DNA of 64,000 nucleotides, taken from Octopus sinensis. Its lineage: Eukaryota. Position 1 is the stretch's first letter; the number at the start of each line of letters is the position of its first letter. The notes beneath the pieces are model-generated. The model worked only from the letters and a program-made list of their open reading frames with translations. It made no database searches and was not told the origin of the DNA. The DNA lies in assembly GCF_006345805.1 (NCBI RefSeq), contig NC_043014.1, forward strand, positions 1,426,001 to 1,490,000, in the 5' to 3' direction. This document shows, one piece after another, positions 1-12,643 of the stretch. The translations under genes were made by a program, and so were the position numbers.

Positions 1-1235
1 TTTTCTCTGTCCATCTTTTATTGGTCGTTTGTTTCAGCCTTGAGACTGTGGGATCTAGTCAAAGACAGGGATTCATTCTGTTGGTCTCTTTTGCTAAACT
101 GCTAAGTTGCAGGGGCATAAACAAAACAACAATGGTTGTCAAAGAGTGGGGGAGGGAGGACAACAACTAAGAAACACACACAGAAATACAAAAGGTTTCC
201 ACACAGTCTCCATCTACAGAATTCACTCACAAAACCTTGATCAGTTCAGGTCTGTAGAAGACAACAATTGCTCTAGGTACCATGCAATTGAACTATGAAA
301 AATGTCAGAGAAAGAAACCTGGCTGTTTCTTGCAATACATACAATCTAAAGCAAAATCTTTTCAGGGGCCCTAATGTGGATCCCCAATTTATTATTTTGT
401 TACGTGAACCCCCCAAAACCTCATATGGCCCTTCTGGGGCCATATAGACCCTCGATGAGAATCACTGAACATGACAGTAACCCCACTTGTGTGTCCAGTT
501 TTAAAATACAAAGGTTATGATCTGGAGGGGATCTGGCAGCTATTTCTAGCCAGTCAAACTACCATGTAGGGATTTCAGCCAGGCTTCTCTCCTCTAACAC
601 CTCCACATAAAGAGAGACAGGGAGAGGGGGTGAGTATATGACTGCTTGATTTGCTAGAAACAGCAGTCATGTGATCCTCAGTTTAAATACAACCCTGCTG
701 AAAAAAAAAAAAGGATTACAGTACACAATGAAGCATTAGGCTCAAAACTAGAGGTGGGATGGTCCCAGATGGAAACATCTGGCCAAGGCAGAGCTGAAAT
801 TAACAACAAAAACAAGATTCACAGTCCAACTAAGGAGTGGTCAGGTTTCAACAATCATGACCTCTCTGATGGATAAGGGAATGCTTAGTACTGACCTCTT
901 TTGTTAAGGGTCAGTGAATAGAGAGAGATAGGGGATGCACTCAGGTTTCTGGCTGGTGATTGGGGAGGGAAACGGGGGGGGGAGATTAAGTTGGGATGTA
1001 GACATGTGAGGGAAAAGTGGGGGGACAGAGAAAGAGAGAATGTGTAAGCCAGGCTAACATTTTACAGTTACTAAGTACCAACCCTATTAGGTACACACAA
1101 TAGATTTCCTGTGGGGTTAAACTTCTTACGGGTGGAGGGGGATCCTTGGCTTAATGGTAGTCTACTTGTATATATTACACCATACATTAGTATTGCTTGA
1201 TTGGGATCTTTTAGAAAAGATCCCTTGATTGTCCT

Positions 1236-1368
1236 AGCGTGGAAGGTGTTTATAAGCCATTTAAGAAACACACAAAAACTTAGATTCACTTCAAAGCGAC
1301 GAAAATATTTTGACAAATTAAATTTAATTTGTGTGTTTCTTAAATGGCTTACAAACACCTTCCACGCT
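1236..1368. mobile_element. MITE/foldback element with ~41-bp terminal inverted repeats
   Basis: agcgtggaaggtgtttataagccatttaagaaacacacaaa is the near-perfect reverse complement of 1328-1368. Confidence 0.7.
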
Positions 1369-1574
1369 GCAATTGTTTTCGTTCCAGCACACGATCTCAG
1401 ATCAGGTCACTTGCTATGCAAGTACATCTCCGTAACACACATAAGTTTTGAGATTTATCTCACTGCATTCGAGATACAAGAGACAGTCATAAACGCTGTC
1501 GTGTTGTGCAACCTCACGATGGACATAAAAAGACGGATCGACTGGCAGCGGAGACTTATTTCGTTTATATTACG

Positions 1575-1905
1575 TAAGCTTGCTTTCCAACCGAATGGTT
1601 CCCAGTTCAGTCCCACTGCATGGTATCTTGGACATATTCTCCTACAGCCCAACACTGCGAAAGTGCCACCTTGTGAGTAGATTTGGTAGGTGCAAACTGA
1701 AAGGAGTCCGTCGTATACTGCTTGAAAACCAGTGTTGGTTCGTTGACGTCCCTGTAACTTTGTGGTTCAGCAAAGAGACTGCTAGAAGATGTACTAGGCT
1801 TAGAAAAATGATGTACAGGGGTGGATTTGTTAGACTAAACCCTTCAAGGTGGTGCCCCAGCATGGCCGCAGTCTAATGACTGAAACGAGATGAACGATAA
1901 AGATA
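1575..1905 (+). mobile_element. Old tRNA-derived SINE (here 'family A')
   Basis: Diverged match to the intact copies at 46104 and 52405, including the ...cagcatggccgcagtc.aatgactgaaac tail. Confidence 0.65.
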
Positions 1906-2624
1906 ACCAAATATTCTACATTTTAGACTTCCAGTGAAATTGTATTTAAAACTATTGGTGGTACGTTTAAAATGACTCTCCCCAGACACAACAGAATATG
2001 CTTCAACACACGAACTCACATAAAGAATCTTGCAAACCAAATCCAAAAACGAAATATAAAGTATTGGTTTTACTAAATTTACTCACAGACAGACATTGGT
2101 CAGCCTGGGGCTATAACAGAAAGAACTTGCCCAAAATACAGCTCAACTGAAAATCATGTGTGTGCACATACACAGTATGACAAATATCTACACACACACA
2201 TATATATATACACAAATAACTTAGTGAAAACTTGTTCCTTTGGTTGTCTTTTCCCTTGTTTTTGATTATTCATCATAATATATAGGCACACATCCACAAT
2301 TGTGCCACTTCTCACCTCCTTCCTCATAATTTTCAAAGTGTTTAGGTTACGATTGTATCAGGATTTCATGTGGAAAAAAGAAATCCGTGAACGCACACAC
2401 ATAAATACGGATACACATATCACAATGTTTTTTTTCTCTCAAAAATTTGACATTTCGCTTTGTAGATATTTATGTGAGCGCACCCAGCAACCTTTTTTTT
2501 TTTTTCTTTTTCCAAATTAAATTCCGATATAACCAAAATCTACATCATCTGAAGCGCGGCGTATGTAGAAAAAGTTCATTTTACGAGGAAACAAATTCAG
2601 TTGGGGCACACTTATGTAGGTATG

Positions 2625-2670
<46 letters not shown>

Positions 2671-4680
2671 AATTGATTTGAGAACATAATCTTTTGTGGA
2701 GAATGGCGATTTGACGTCTATATCTAGCATGTTGACTGTCCACTTTTCGTGTTCAGTCCTTAATTGGTATATATAAATATTTTAATCTTCGGATTCTTTT
2801 TTAATATGCTAGACCACTGGTTTTAATTGATAAATATCAATCTCTACTCTTGATTAATTATATATATATATATATATATATACGCTAATATCGAACTGTG
2901 AGAATGGTGCTCAACAAAGTACATAAACGTGTGTGTACTTTATGAAGTGGAAGATAAATAAAGTCTATTGTTCTACGGATTTACATTTCATTCGAAACAA
3001 AAACATTCCCTGCACACGGTGAGATTCCACTAGGCGTGTACCAATAATGGATCCCTTTATTTCAGTACAGAAAACCAATAACAAATCATTATATAATCTA
3101 TAGATCAGCCCTCCTTCCCTGCCACTCCCATTTAGAACAGTAAAGGGGTAGAGTGGCGAAGGTAGGTCTCAGAGTTCAACGTCCCGCATTACGGTTAAAG
3201 GATTAACGGTTGTTGTGTTTTTTTTCGGCGGACCCCTTTAGGGCTTTAGGGTCGGGGAAGTCCCTTGAATTGGGGTCAAAGGTCCTCTGAATGCACCAGT
3301 TGGACTTCTTGTCACGTTGACGCAGGAGGATGTGCCAGAATTCACGTTGTAATGTTTACAGCGGTTGTTGAACTCCAAAATGGAGGAGAGAGACGAACAA
3401 GTGCCCCAGATTTCTGTGTGGATGTGTGTGTGTGCGCATTTCTGTGTCTGTCTCTCTTTCTCTCTATGCTGCATGTACGTAGAAGAGTTTTGTAATAGCC
3501 ATCCTTCGAAGTCCCTTATCACATGGAGAGAAAAAAAAGGTACGCAGCTGGGGGCTATGTGTACACACACCCGCACGCAGTATTATATATACACGTACAC
3601 AGTTATAAATATATGTATACACACACACACACATATACTAAAACAGATAGTTTACAGGTTTCAGGCTGCAGCGATTGTGGGGCAAGGGTTCAGTGGACCA
3701 CATCGACCCCATTACCAGAATATCTGATACCAATTCCTCTCACCCAGTTAAGTCAAACAGGCAAGTGCTTGCAACGGATTTGAACTGGCGAACTAAACAT
3801 CCATAGACCGATTGCTTAACCACACACCCAATTCGTCTCCACGAAATTCAAGTTTCATCAACGATATAAATAGTTTTTTTATGCTACGTGGAAAAGCATG
3901 AATACCACACATTCTCGTTCGTTTATATTTGTATCATTCTTTTACACAGAAATCCTCTCCGTTGGTGATCTCGGCGATCAGGTTTCAATTCCGTGACAGG
4001 AAGAAGCTACATGGGAGTGGCATGAATGTCAAAAAATCATCTTCGGAGCACATCAAATGCTTTAGGAAATATCTCTAATATACACATAACGATGCACATA
4101 TAGACATATGCGTGTGTGTGTATATATATATGTATATATATATATATATATATATAAAGGCAGGCTGTCAACATTCTTACGCATATACACACGTCTTTCT
4201 ATTATGTAAGTTAAAGCGATTATATACATATATATATATATATGTATACACACACACACACACACACAATCTATACATACATACATATACACATACCATT
4301 CATAAAACTGAATACACCCATAAAAGTACATACATACACATCATTGTGTGTATACATAGATGTGTATATATATATATATATATATTATACACGTAAGCAT
4401 AAAGTACGGTAAGATTTACTTAAAGTACATTGTGTGTAGAAACAGGAAGTAAATAATATATCTTGCGTATATATACATACATACATACAGAAATATATGT
4501 GTGTATATATATGTATGTATATTACATAAAAGTATGTGTGTATATAAATGGAAAGTTATAGAAAAAGTGAGTGATGTATAACAGAGATAAACAACAATTA
4601 TAGACACAACGGTGGTTGGGTTAATGAGGGTAATTATCTCTGATATTCTTGAAATGAATTAAGAAAAACTTTTTCCTCAC

Positions 4681-4727
4681 CAAACTTCAGTTTCTTCGTC
4701 TTTCACGGATTTACTCGACGGCGCCAT
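4681..4727 (-). CDS. Probable first coding exon of an unidentified divergent gene (MAPSSKSVKDEETEV+TG)
   Basis: Minus strand caagATGGCGCC (YY1-type/Kozak context), CpG-retaining unique sequence, then donor TTG|gtgagg at 4680. No convincing exon 2 inside the window. Confidence 0.5.
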
Positions 4728-4760
4728 CTTGCAGTTCCGTCAACTCACTCCCTCGCACTC

Positions 4761-5470
4761 TTACTCTTTCACTTTACTCACACTCTCTCTCCATATCTTA
4801 ATCTCTATCTAATTCCCTCCCCTGCTCTTGCCTCTATCTATCTTACTCTTTCACTTTACTCACACCCTCTCTCTCTATATCTTAATCTCTATCTAATTCC
4901 CTCTCTTGCTCTTGCTTCTATCTATCTTACTCTTTCACTTTACTCACACCCTCTCTCTCCATATCTTAATCTCTATCTAATTCCCTCCCCTGCTCTTGCT
5001 TCTATCTATCTTACTCTTTCACTTTACTCACACCCTCTCTCTCTATATCTTAATCTCTATCTAATTCCCTTCCCTGCTCTTGCTTCTATCTATCTTACTC
5101 TTTCACTTTATTCACACCCTCTCTCTCTATATCTTAATCTCTATCTAATTCCCTTCCCTGCTCTTGCTTCTATCTATCTTACTCTTTCACTTTACTCACA
5201 CCCTCTCTCTCTATATCTTAATCTCTATCTAATTCCCTCCCTTGCTCTTGCTTCTATCTATCTTACTCTTTCACTTTACTCACACCCTCTCTCTCTATAT
5301 CTTAATCTCTATCTAATTCCCTTCTTTGCTCTTGCTTCTATCTATCTTACTCTTTCACTTTACTCACACCCTCTCTCTCTATATCTTACTCTTTCACTTT
5401 ACTCACACTCTCTCTGTCTATACCTTACGCTTTCACTTTACTCACACCCTCTTTGTCTCTATCTTACTCT
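4761..5470. repeat. 84-bp pyrimidine-rich minisatellite (7 full units plus partials)
   Basis: Unit starts at 4761, 4843, 4927, 5011, 5095, 5179, 5263, 5347. Confidence 0.92.
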
Positions 5471-6298
5471 TTATCTAAACCGTTTCATTCTCTTTATCAA
5501 TTTCACTCTTTCACTTCCCTTACCCTCTCCCTTACTTTTTATCTGACTCAATCCCCTTCTCGCGCTCTCTCACACACCCTCTCTCTATACCATCTTTTTA
5601 TCTAACTCCTCCCCTCTATACATCTCTCACTCACTTCCCTTCTTTATGTCGATCTTAATCACACTTTCATTTCACTTATACTCCTCCCTCTCTACTTTAC
5701 TCTACTCCCCTTCTCTCTATCTATTTAGTCTTTCACTCCACTCCTTCATTCCCACTCTCTCCTCCTCTATACCCGTCTTACTCTTTATCTAATTCACTCC
5801 CTCCCTAATAAAGTCACTTCCTATCTCTACATCTCTCTCTTTCTCTATATATTACTGTTTCTTTATTTCACTACAACTCATGCTCTCCTCCTCTCTCTCT
5901 CTATCTTAATCTTTATATCTCTCCCTCTCTTACAAACTAACTTATTCTCTCTCTCTCTCCCCCCTCTCTCTCTCTGTCCATATCGTTCTCATTTCTGTAG
6001 CCTCTCTCTTTACTCCTACTCACTCTGTCTTTATGTATCTCTCTCTCTCACTTTGTCTTCTCTCTTTTACTAACTACTCTTACCTCTACTTCCCATTTTC
6101 TCACCCTTCATTCCTCTCGTTTCTCTCTCTCTATATTTCTTTCTTTCTTTCTTTTCTCTACTTGTCCTCTCTTTTTCATTTTCTTCTTCAATCACCCTCT
6201 CTCTTTCCTTCTCTATCTTTCTACATTATTTTTTTTCTTGCTCCATTTTCCTTTCTTTCTCCCTCTCTCTGACTCTGGTCGAGCTATCTATCTATCCA

Positions 6299-6397
<99 letters not shown>

Positions 6398-6434
6398 GTC
6401 TATCTATCTACCTAACTACCTACCTACCTGTCCA

Positions 6435-6469
<35 letters not shown>

Positions 6470-6723
6470 CTATCTATCCACGCTGAGTGACTCAAGGGTC
6501 AACAGTTTCGCATTTTGGCACTTATCAAATTGGCTTCAAACCAAGGTGATAGCATTTACATATCGATCTTAATAATAATCCTAACGAATAACGGGGAAAA
6601 ACTTTACCAAGAATCTTAAACCCGTTCTGAATGGACAGGAGGAGGAGGAGGAGGAGGAGTTAAATGTAATTTTACCAAAACAAAAAAAACAAAAAAACCC
6701 CTGTAATATTGATCGAATTTGAG

Positions 6724-7090
6724 GGCGGCGAGCCGGCACGCCGGGTAAAACACTTAGCGGCATTCGTTCACCCTTACGTTCCGAGTTCAAATTCCGCCGA
6801 GGCCAACTTTGCCTTTCGTCCTTTCGGGAGTCGGTAAAATAAGTTCCAGTTACGTAATGGGGTCGCTGTAATATATTTCTTTATTGCCCACAAGGGGTTA
6901 AACACAGAGGGACAAACAAGAACAGACAAACAGATTAAATCGACCCCAGTGTGTAACTGGTACTTTATTTATCGACCCCGAAAGGATGAAAGGCAAAGTC
7001 GACCTCGGCGGAATTTAAACTCAGAACGTAACGACAGACGAAATACGGCTACACATTTCGCCCGGCGTGCTAACGTTTCTGCCAGCTCGC
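6724..7090. mobile_element. Tail-to-tail inverted pair of tRNA-derived SINEs ('family C')
   Basis: Plus copy 6724-~6870 and minus copy ~6871-7090 share ggcgagctggcag...gagttcaaattccgccgaggtcgactttgcc; B-box GAGTTCAAATTCC. Confidence 0.8.
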
Positions 7091-7431
7091 TGTAATCGAC
7101 TAGCAGCCGCCTCGATATTGCAGGCCTTCTGCCTGTAACAGAAAGTATTGTCTTTAATTTCATTTAAGGCGAGACTTCTCTTTGTAGTAGTAGCCTAACC
7201 TATCAGGTGGTGCTATTAAATTAGACATGGCCTGGACCAATCTTCGGTCGAAATATATCTAAGTTTTAACCTTGTATCGATTTCTCTGATTGATTAAAAT
7301 GTGTCTATGAACAAGCGTCGTCAATGTCTACCGTGTTACCACGTTCATCGAACCGTGACGCTTAGAGTCGTACGCTGGTTTAAAATGGTGTCTGTTAAGC
7401 TCCAACCAGCTGGAACCTGTCGAAAGGTATA

Positions 7432-7640
7432 CTCTTTTACTCTTTTACTTGTTTCAGCCATTTGACTGCGGCCATGCTGGAGCACCGCCTTTAGTCGATC
7501 AAATCGACCCCGGGACTTATTCTTTGTAAGCCCAGTACTTATTCTATCGGTCTCTTTTGCCGAACCGCCAAGTGACGGGGACGTAAACACACCAGCATCG
7601 GTTGTCAAGCAATGCTAGGGGGACAAACACAGACACACAA

Positions 7641-7687
<47 letters not shown>

Positions 7688-7710
7688 TACGACAGGCTTC
7701 TTTCAGTTTG
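7432..7710 (-). mobile_element. Family A SINE, 3' part
   Basis: tactcttttactcttttacttgtttcag...gacaggcttctttcagttt matches other copies. Confidence 0.8.
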
Positions 7711-8076
7711 CCTTCAAACTTTGCTCTTGTTACATTTATTCAAGCCCCAAAGGATCCCCCTCAATACATGGCTGCGATGCTCCCCCACTACTTCTGCTCG
7801 TGATCAGAGATGCACATATTGTCAGCCACTAAGGGACATGCTCGGCTGGTTAAGGTCAAACAACTGACAGGAAAGCCTGTGGTGTTGAGCAGAATATTTG
7901 CTATAACGATATTTCTGCTTCAGCAACTCTGCGCTGGATCTGTGTGAAGTGTAGTGGGAAATAGGTCAGTTTCAGAACATTGACATCCAGGTCACAAAAG
8001 CAAAATTCTAGATGGGAGCAAATAGAAAATGGCATTTACTGAACAAAGACAAACATAAAAAAAATAATAATTTGTT

Positions 8077-8340
8077 ATACAGTGGATTTGGTAGACGGAA
8101 ACTGAAAGAAGCCCGTCGTATATATGTATATATATGCGTGTGTGTGTTTGTCCCCCTAGCATTGCTTGACAGCTGATGCTGGTGTGTCTATGTCCCCGTT
8201 ACTTAGCGGTTCGGCAAAAGAGACCGATAGAATAAGTACTGGGCTTACAAAAGAATAAGTCCCGGGCTCGAGTTGCTCGATTAAAGGCGGTGCTCCAGCA
8301 TGGCCGCAGTCAAATGACTGAAACAAGTAAAAGAGTAAAG
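8077..8340 (+). mobile_element. Family A SINE, 3' part
   Basis: gtggatttggtagacggaaactgaaagaagccc...aaatgactgaaacaagtaaaagagta. Confidence 0.8.
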
Positions 8341-9019
8341 TGTAAAAGAGAGTGATATCAACAGTTTCATTACACACACACACACACACACAGCACACAC
8401 ACACACACACACACACAAAGAGAATTAATTGTAAAGTCAATATTATAAATCCAATCGGTTGACAGCCAATTCATGATACTGAATGGTTTCATGTTGAAGA
8501 TCTTTCCAAATATGCAAAGGTAAATTAACAATCACCAGACATGGCTGAACGGAAGGATATAACTTCGGCTCTTTATTACTAGCTGTTTATGGGGCTCAGA
8601 AATGATAAAAAGAAACGGAACGAAACTCGTGGAAGAAAAAGTCTAAGAAAAACAAAACGAAAAAGAATTAGAGTACATCATAAGCTCATTAGAGTTATGT
8701 CCTCTAAATTGTTCCATGCAATAAAGCATTCAAGTGATAGATGTCAACCCCGAGTGTTGCATATATGACTGTAGAATGAAGAGGATATAAGGATGAGATG
8801 AAGAAGGTGAAGAGAGAAAAAAATTAGAAAGAAATGATAGAGATATTGGGAGGTTTATTTGAAGGACATACGTGGTCACGTGTGTGAATGGGTGTGTATA
8901 AATGCTGAGTATGGAGAAAATAAATTCCCTATTTATAGTGAGATGATTATTATTGAGAAAGTAGCCAATTGTTTCTACTAAGAGGGTGCCGGAACCGACC
9001 AGTTAGCTAAGATATATTA

Positions 9020-9560
9020 CCGATCGTGAGGGCAAGGGGAAAACATCCTGCTTTTAGAATAGGACTTTATGTGGAGGAAATACATCAATATAATCCTTTT
9101 GTCTGCCTAAAAAATCTGCAAGTCCAACTGTTGTTGATATAAGGTGTGCACTTTTCCAGTAATTTCCCGTTGATATTCTACTATAGAATATTTTCTTTTA
9201 ACAGACATATGTGTCTCTCCGATGTTGTGACATTATGTCTCTCCTAGATTTTAAAAGACAACTTGTGATTGTTGAATCTGGTTTTGAAGAGGGGAAGGTG
9301 ATGGAAAAAGAGGGGGAAATGGTAGTTATATGGGAATGGAGGTGTGTGTGTGGCGATGTTTGACTTATTCTGTTATTCAGTCTGCAGATGTCAAGGATGG
9401 TCCGTACATTTCTTTGTTCGATCTCATTTAAGGCATGACCAGCTTAAAGGAATTCTGAAGTAAACAGGTCAGCCGTTAAAGCCACAACAGCCATTAACTA
9501 TTGTCTGAATTGATAAATGACACTTTCTTAGAGTGACCTTTTAATTGTTTTCAGGTGGTG
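9020..9560 (-). mobile_element. Decayed Penelope-like retroelement (GIY-YIG region)
   Basis: Minus-strand fragment FKTRFNNHKLSFK resembles the PLE FKxRxNNHKxSF motif; multiple stops and frameshifts. Confidence 0.5.
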
Positions 9561-9932
9561 CAGTGGTTATAGTGTATAGCACCCTAAACATTGTTTGTTT
9601 GTTTGTTGGTTCCTTGTTCTATAATGTGTTAAAGGGCAGTTCTTGTTATTCCGTTTCAAAATGTTGTTTTGTTGTTTTTTTTCAAATTCCAGAAACGATA
9701 TTTTGCTTTTATGTGTTTACATAATATGATCATCTCCGTGTGTCTATTTATCACGTTTCCCCCGGATGTGATGATCTCCAACCCTTCCCCCAAAACCTGG
9801 TTCGTCAGTCGCCATCATTAGACTGTATCCGGCATAACAGAACAGGAACTTTATTTGAATATGCAAAACGTTTCACGTAAACAAATTTAAAAGATAATAA
9901 TATTCATTTTTACTTTTATCTTTATTTCATTT

Positions 9933-10399
9933 TTCTTCTTCTTCTTCTTCTTCTTCTTCTTCTTCTTCTTCTTCTTCTTCTTCTTCTTCTTTCTTCTTCT
10001 TCTTCTTCTTCTTCTTCTTCTTCTTCTTCTTCTTCTTCTTCTTCTTCTTTTCTTTTTCCTTCTTCTTTTTCTTTCTTTTTTCTTCTCTTCTTCCAATTCT
10101 TCTTCTTCTTTTTTTCTTCTCTTCTTCTTCTTCTCTTTTTCTTCTTCTTCTTCTTCTTCTTTCTTCTTTCTTCTTTCTTCTTCTCGTTTCTTTCTCCTTC
10201 TTCTTTTTCTTCTTTTCTTCTCATTCTTCCAATTCTTCTTCTTTCTTTTTCTTCTTCTTCTTCTTCTTCTTCTTCTCTCTTCTTCTTCTTTTCTCTTTTT
10301 CTTCTTTTTTTCTTTCTTCTTCCTTCTTCTTCTTTCTTTTCTTCTCTCTTCTTCTTCTTTCTTCTTTTCTTCTTCTTCTTCTTCTTTCATCATCATAAA

Positions 10400-10441
<42 letters not shown>
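9933..10441. repeat. Long degenerate (TTC)n tract followed by (ATC)n
   Basis: Direct reading; source of the spurious K/R/E-rich minus ORFs. Confidence 0.95.
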
Positions 10442-10706
10442 TACACACATGCTTTTGTATTTTTTTATGTATATTTTTTGATATCTGGATTTTTTGTCCT
10501 TTAAGCAACCAGCAAAACATAGATTTTTCAGTGTAAAGACGAACATTTCAAGCTTGAAACTCCGAAAAGGAGTAACTCACTGTAAACATTATTATTAAAA
10601 TAACAATTATCCCCCAGAAAAATGCCATCTCTACCCATTTTTTCAAATATATAATACTATACCAAAAACTTTCTTTTTATTATTCTACTATGTATATATA
10701 TATATC

Positions 10707-10757
10707 AGCTTCCTGATGATTTCATTTGAATGAAACAGTTCTAGTCCTGTAGAAGCT
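10707..10757 (+). ncRNA. Type I hammerhead ribozyme fold, canonical core
   Basis: AGCUUC / CUGAUGA / UUUC-AUUU-GAAU / GAA / ACAG-UUCUAGUC-CUGU / A / GAAGCU. Helix I 6 bp, helix III 4 bp, GUA cleavage triplet at 10749-51; 10.1-11.1 is a U.U mismatch. Confidence 0.72.
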
Positions 10758-10839
10758 CCTTCTATAAAATAAATTAATACTCTGCTATGTATTGAGTACC
10801 TGATTTAGTGGTAACCCGACTCAACCGGGACCTACATAT

Positions 10840-10842
10840 TAT

Positions 10843-10901
<59 letters not shown>

Positions 10902-11116
10902 TATAAATGAAAGTATTAAAAAAAAGCACACAAATTTCCACACGAAAGCACGTGATCTCTGCCCTGGCATGTAGCTTCAACCGTGGTTTTTCTGACGTGA
11001 ATTTGCTACCAGGGTATCGTTACCGAATTATCCATACTAGGATAATTCATTCAACTACTTATATATATATATATATATATAGCAATAATAATCTCTGAAC
11101 GATATATATATAGGCC

Positions 11117-11147
<31 letters not shown>

Positions 11148-11202
11148 CACACACACATATATATATAGATACATACACACATATATACATATGTACATAT
11201 AT

Positions 11203-11233
<31 letters not shown>

Positions 11234-11334
11234 TACACACAATCTACTGACGTAAAAGAAAGAAAAAGTGGTCAGAGTTATCTACCGTGCAAGTGCTTCC
11301 GTCGTTTGGTGTCGCTGCTGTTCCAGTGAAAATA
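10840..11334 (+). promoter_or_regulatory. Putative STRIP1 promoter/5'UTR
   Basis: DRE-like TATCGATA 10842-49, E-box CACGTG 10949-54, CRE-like TGACGTGA 10993-11000 and TGACGTAA 11248-55; CpG-rich unique sequence 11245-11334. Motifs are short and could be chance. Confidence 0.4.
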
Positions 11335-11406
11335 ATGGACGAAGGTGGATGGCGAGGTTTGCCCAAACTGCAAGAACTGTTTCGTCGGCAAAGACGGGGA
11401 TCGGAG
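11335..11406 (+). CDS. STRIP1: STRIP1/2 orthologue exon 1 (MDEGGWRGLPKLQELFRRQRRGSE)
   Basis: ATG at 11335, donor GAG|gtgagc. Resembles the STRIP N-terminal R-x-Q-R-x-x-S-E motif; phase 0 joins exon 2. Confidence 0.85.
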
Positions 11407-11795
11407 GTGAGCAAGACACACCACACCACACCACACCTTTATATATATACACTCCATCCACTTACTCACCACATATATATATATATATACACGAATAGAC
11501 ACAGATATATCTATCTGTCTCTATAATATATATGAATCGGTGTTTGTTTGGAGAGATTCTTAATCGTTGAACGTCAAAACCCGAAAATGCTTCTTCGTTT
11601 TCTTGCCTTTTCTCTTTAATGCAGACTCACAGCGGCTATACATACATACATGTATATATATAGGCCATATATATATGTATATATATACACACATAATATA
11701 TACACACACACATATATATATATGTAGGTATGTATGTATGTATATATATATATATAGCGTGTTATATATGAGGGTGATGGACTGTTTTTACATGC

Positions 11796-11814
<19 letters not shown>

Positions 11815-11831
<17 letters not shown>

Positions 11832-12290
11832 ATATGTGTGTTTATATAGATGTGTGTGTGTATATATGTGTGTTTATATAGATGTGTGTGTATATATGTA
11901 TGTTTATATAGATGTGTGTGTATATGTGTGTTTATATAGATGTGTGTGTGTATATGTGTGTTTATATAGATGTGTGTGTGTATATATGTGTGTTTATATA
12001 GATGTGTGTGTATATGTGTTTGTATAGATGTGTGTGTGTGTATATATGTGTGTTTACATAGATGTGTGTGTATATGTGTGTTTGTATAGATGTGTGTGTA
12101 TGTATATATGTGTGTTTATATATATGTGTGTGTGTGTATATGTGTGTTTATATAGATGTGTGTGTGTGTATTATGGGTGTTTATATAGATGTGTGTGTGG
12201 GTGTTTATATGTGTATACACATGTGTGTGTATATTTTTGTGTGGGCGTGTATACACACCCATACACACGTATGTCTATATATGTGTGTAG
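11815..12290. repeat. ~30-bp microsatellite-derived minisatellite in intron 1
   Basis: Recurring gtgtgtgtgtatat(at)gtgtgtttatatagat units. Confidence 0.85.
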
Positions 12291-12586
12291 ATAAGATGTT
12301 TAGAAATTTCATCGACAGATGTCTTTAAGTTCATGTATTTATTGAACTTCCTCTCTTTTCAATGTGTATATCATGATATCTATTTTGTGTGTGTGTATAT
12401 ATATATATATATAATTGTTTATGTGACTATATAATTTGTCTTTCTCATCTGTCAAGTCATCCGCCTTTCCTGTTAAACATCTATTTATCCTTAGTATGCC
12501 TGTCTCTCTCTCTCACTCTGTCTTAATCAGTTTTCTTCCGTTATCTATCTATCTATCTATCAACCCCTTTTCTCTCTTTGTGTGTA

Positions 12587-12643
<57 letters not shown>

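Noticed and set aside
1285-1320. GCGAC-GAA-AAUAUU-U-UGACAAA, resembling a hammerhead 3' half in the MITE loop
   Set aside because: No 5' core in this copy.
2670-2758. Open frame that could be exon 2 of the minus-strand gene (W-TEHEKWTVNMLDID...)
   Set aside because: No polypyrimidine tract; bounded by short inverted ends (TACCAATT...AATTGGTA) in (TA)n, so more likely a transposon remnant.
3238-3576. 112-aa minus ORF
   Set aside because: Starts in (CA)n; phase incompatible with the 4681 donor; no recognisable domain.
6478-6535. Minus-strand UUGAUAA...GCGAAACUG hammerhead-like remnant (U3-A8 type)
   Set aside because: U16.1, H17 and helix I are not satisfied; too decayed to call.
9887-10546. 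219-aa K/R/E-rich minus-strand ORF
   Set aside because: Translation of the (GAA)n/(GAT)n microsatellite; no splice or domain evidence.
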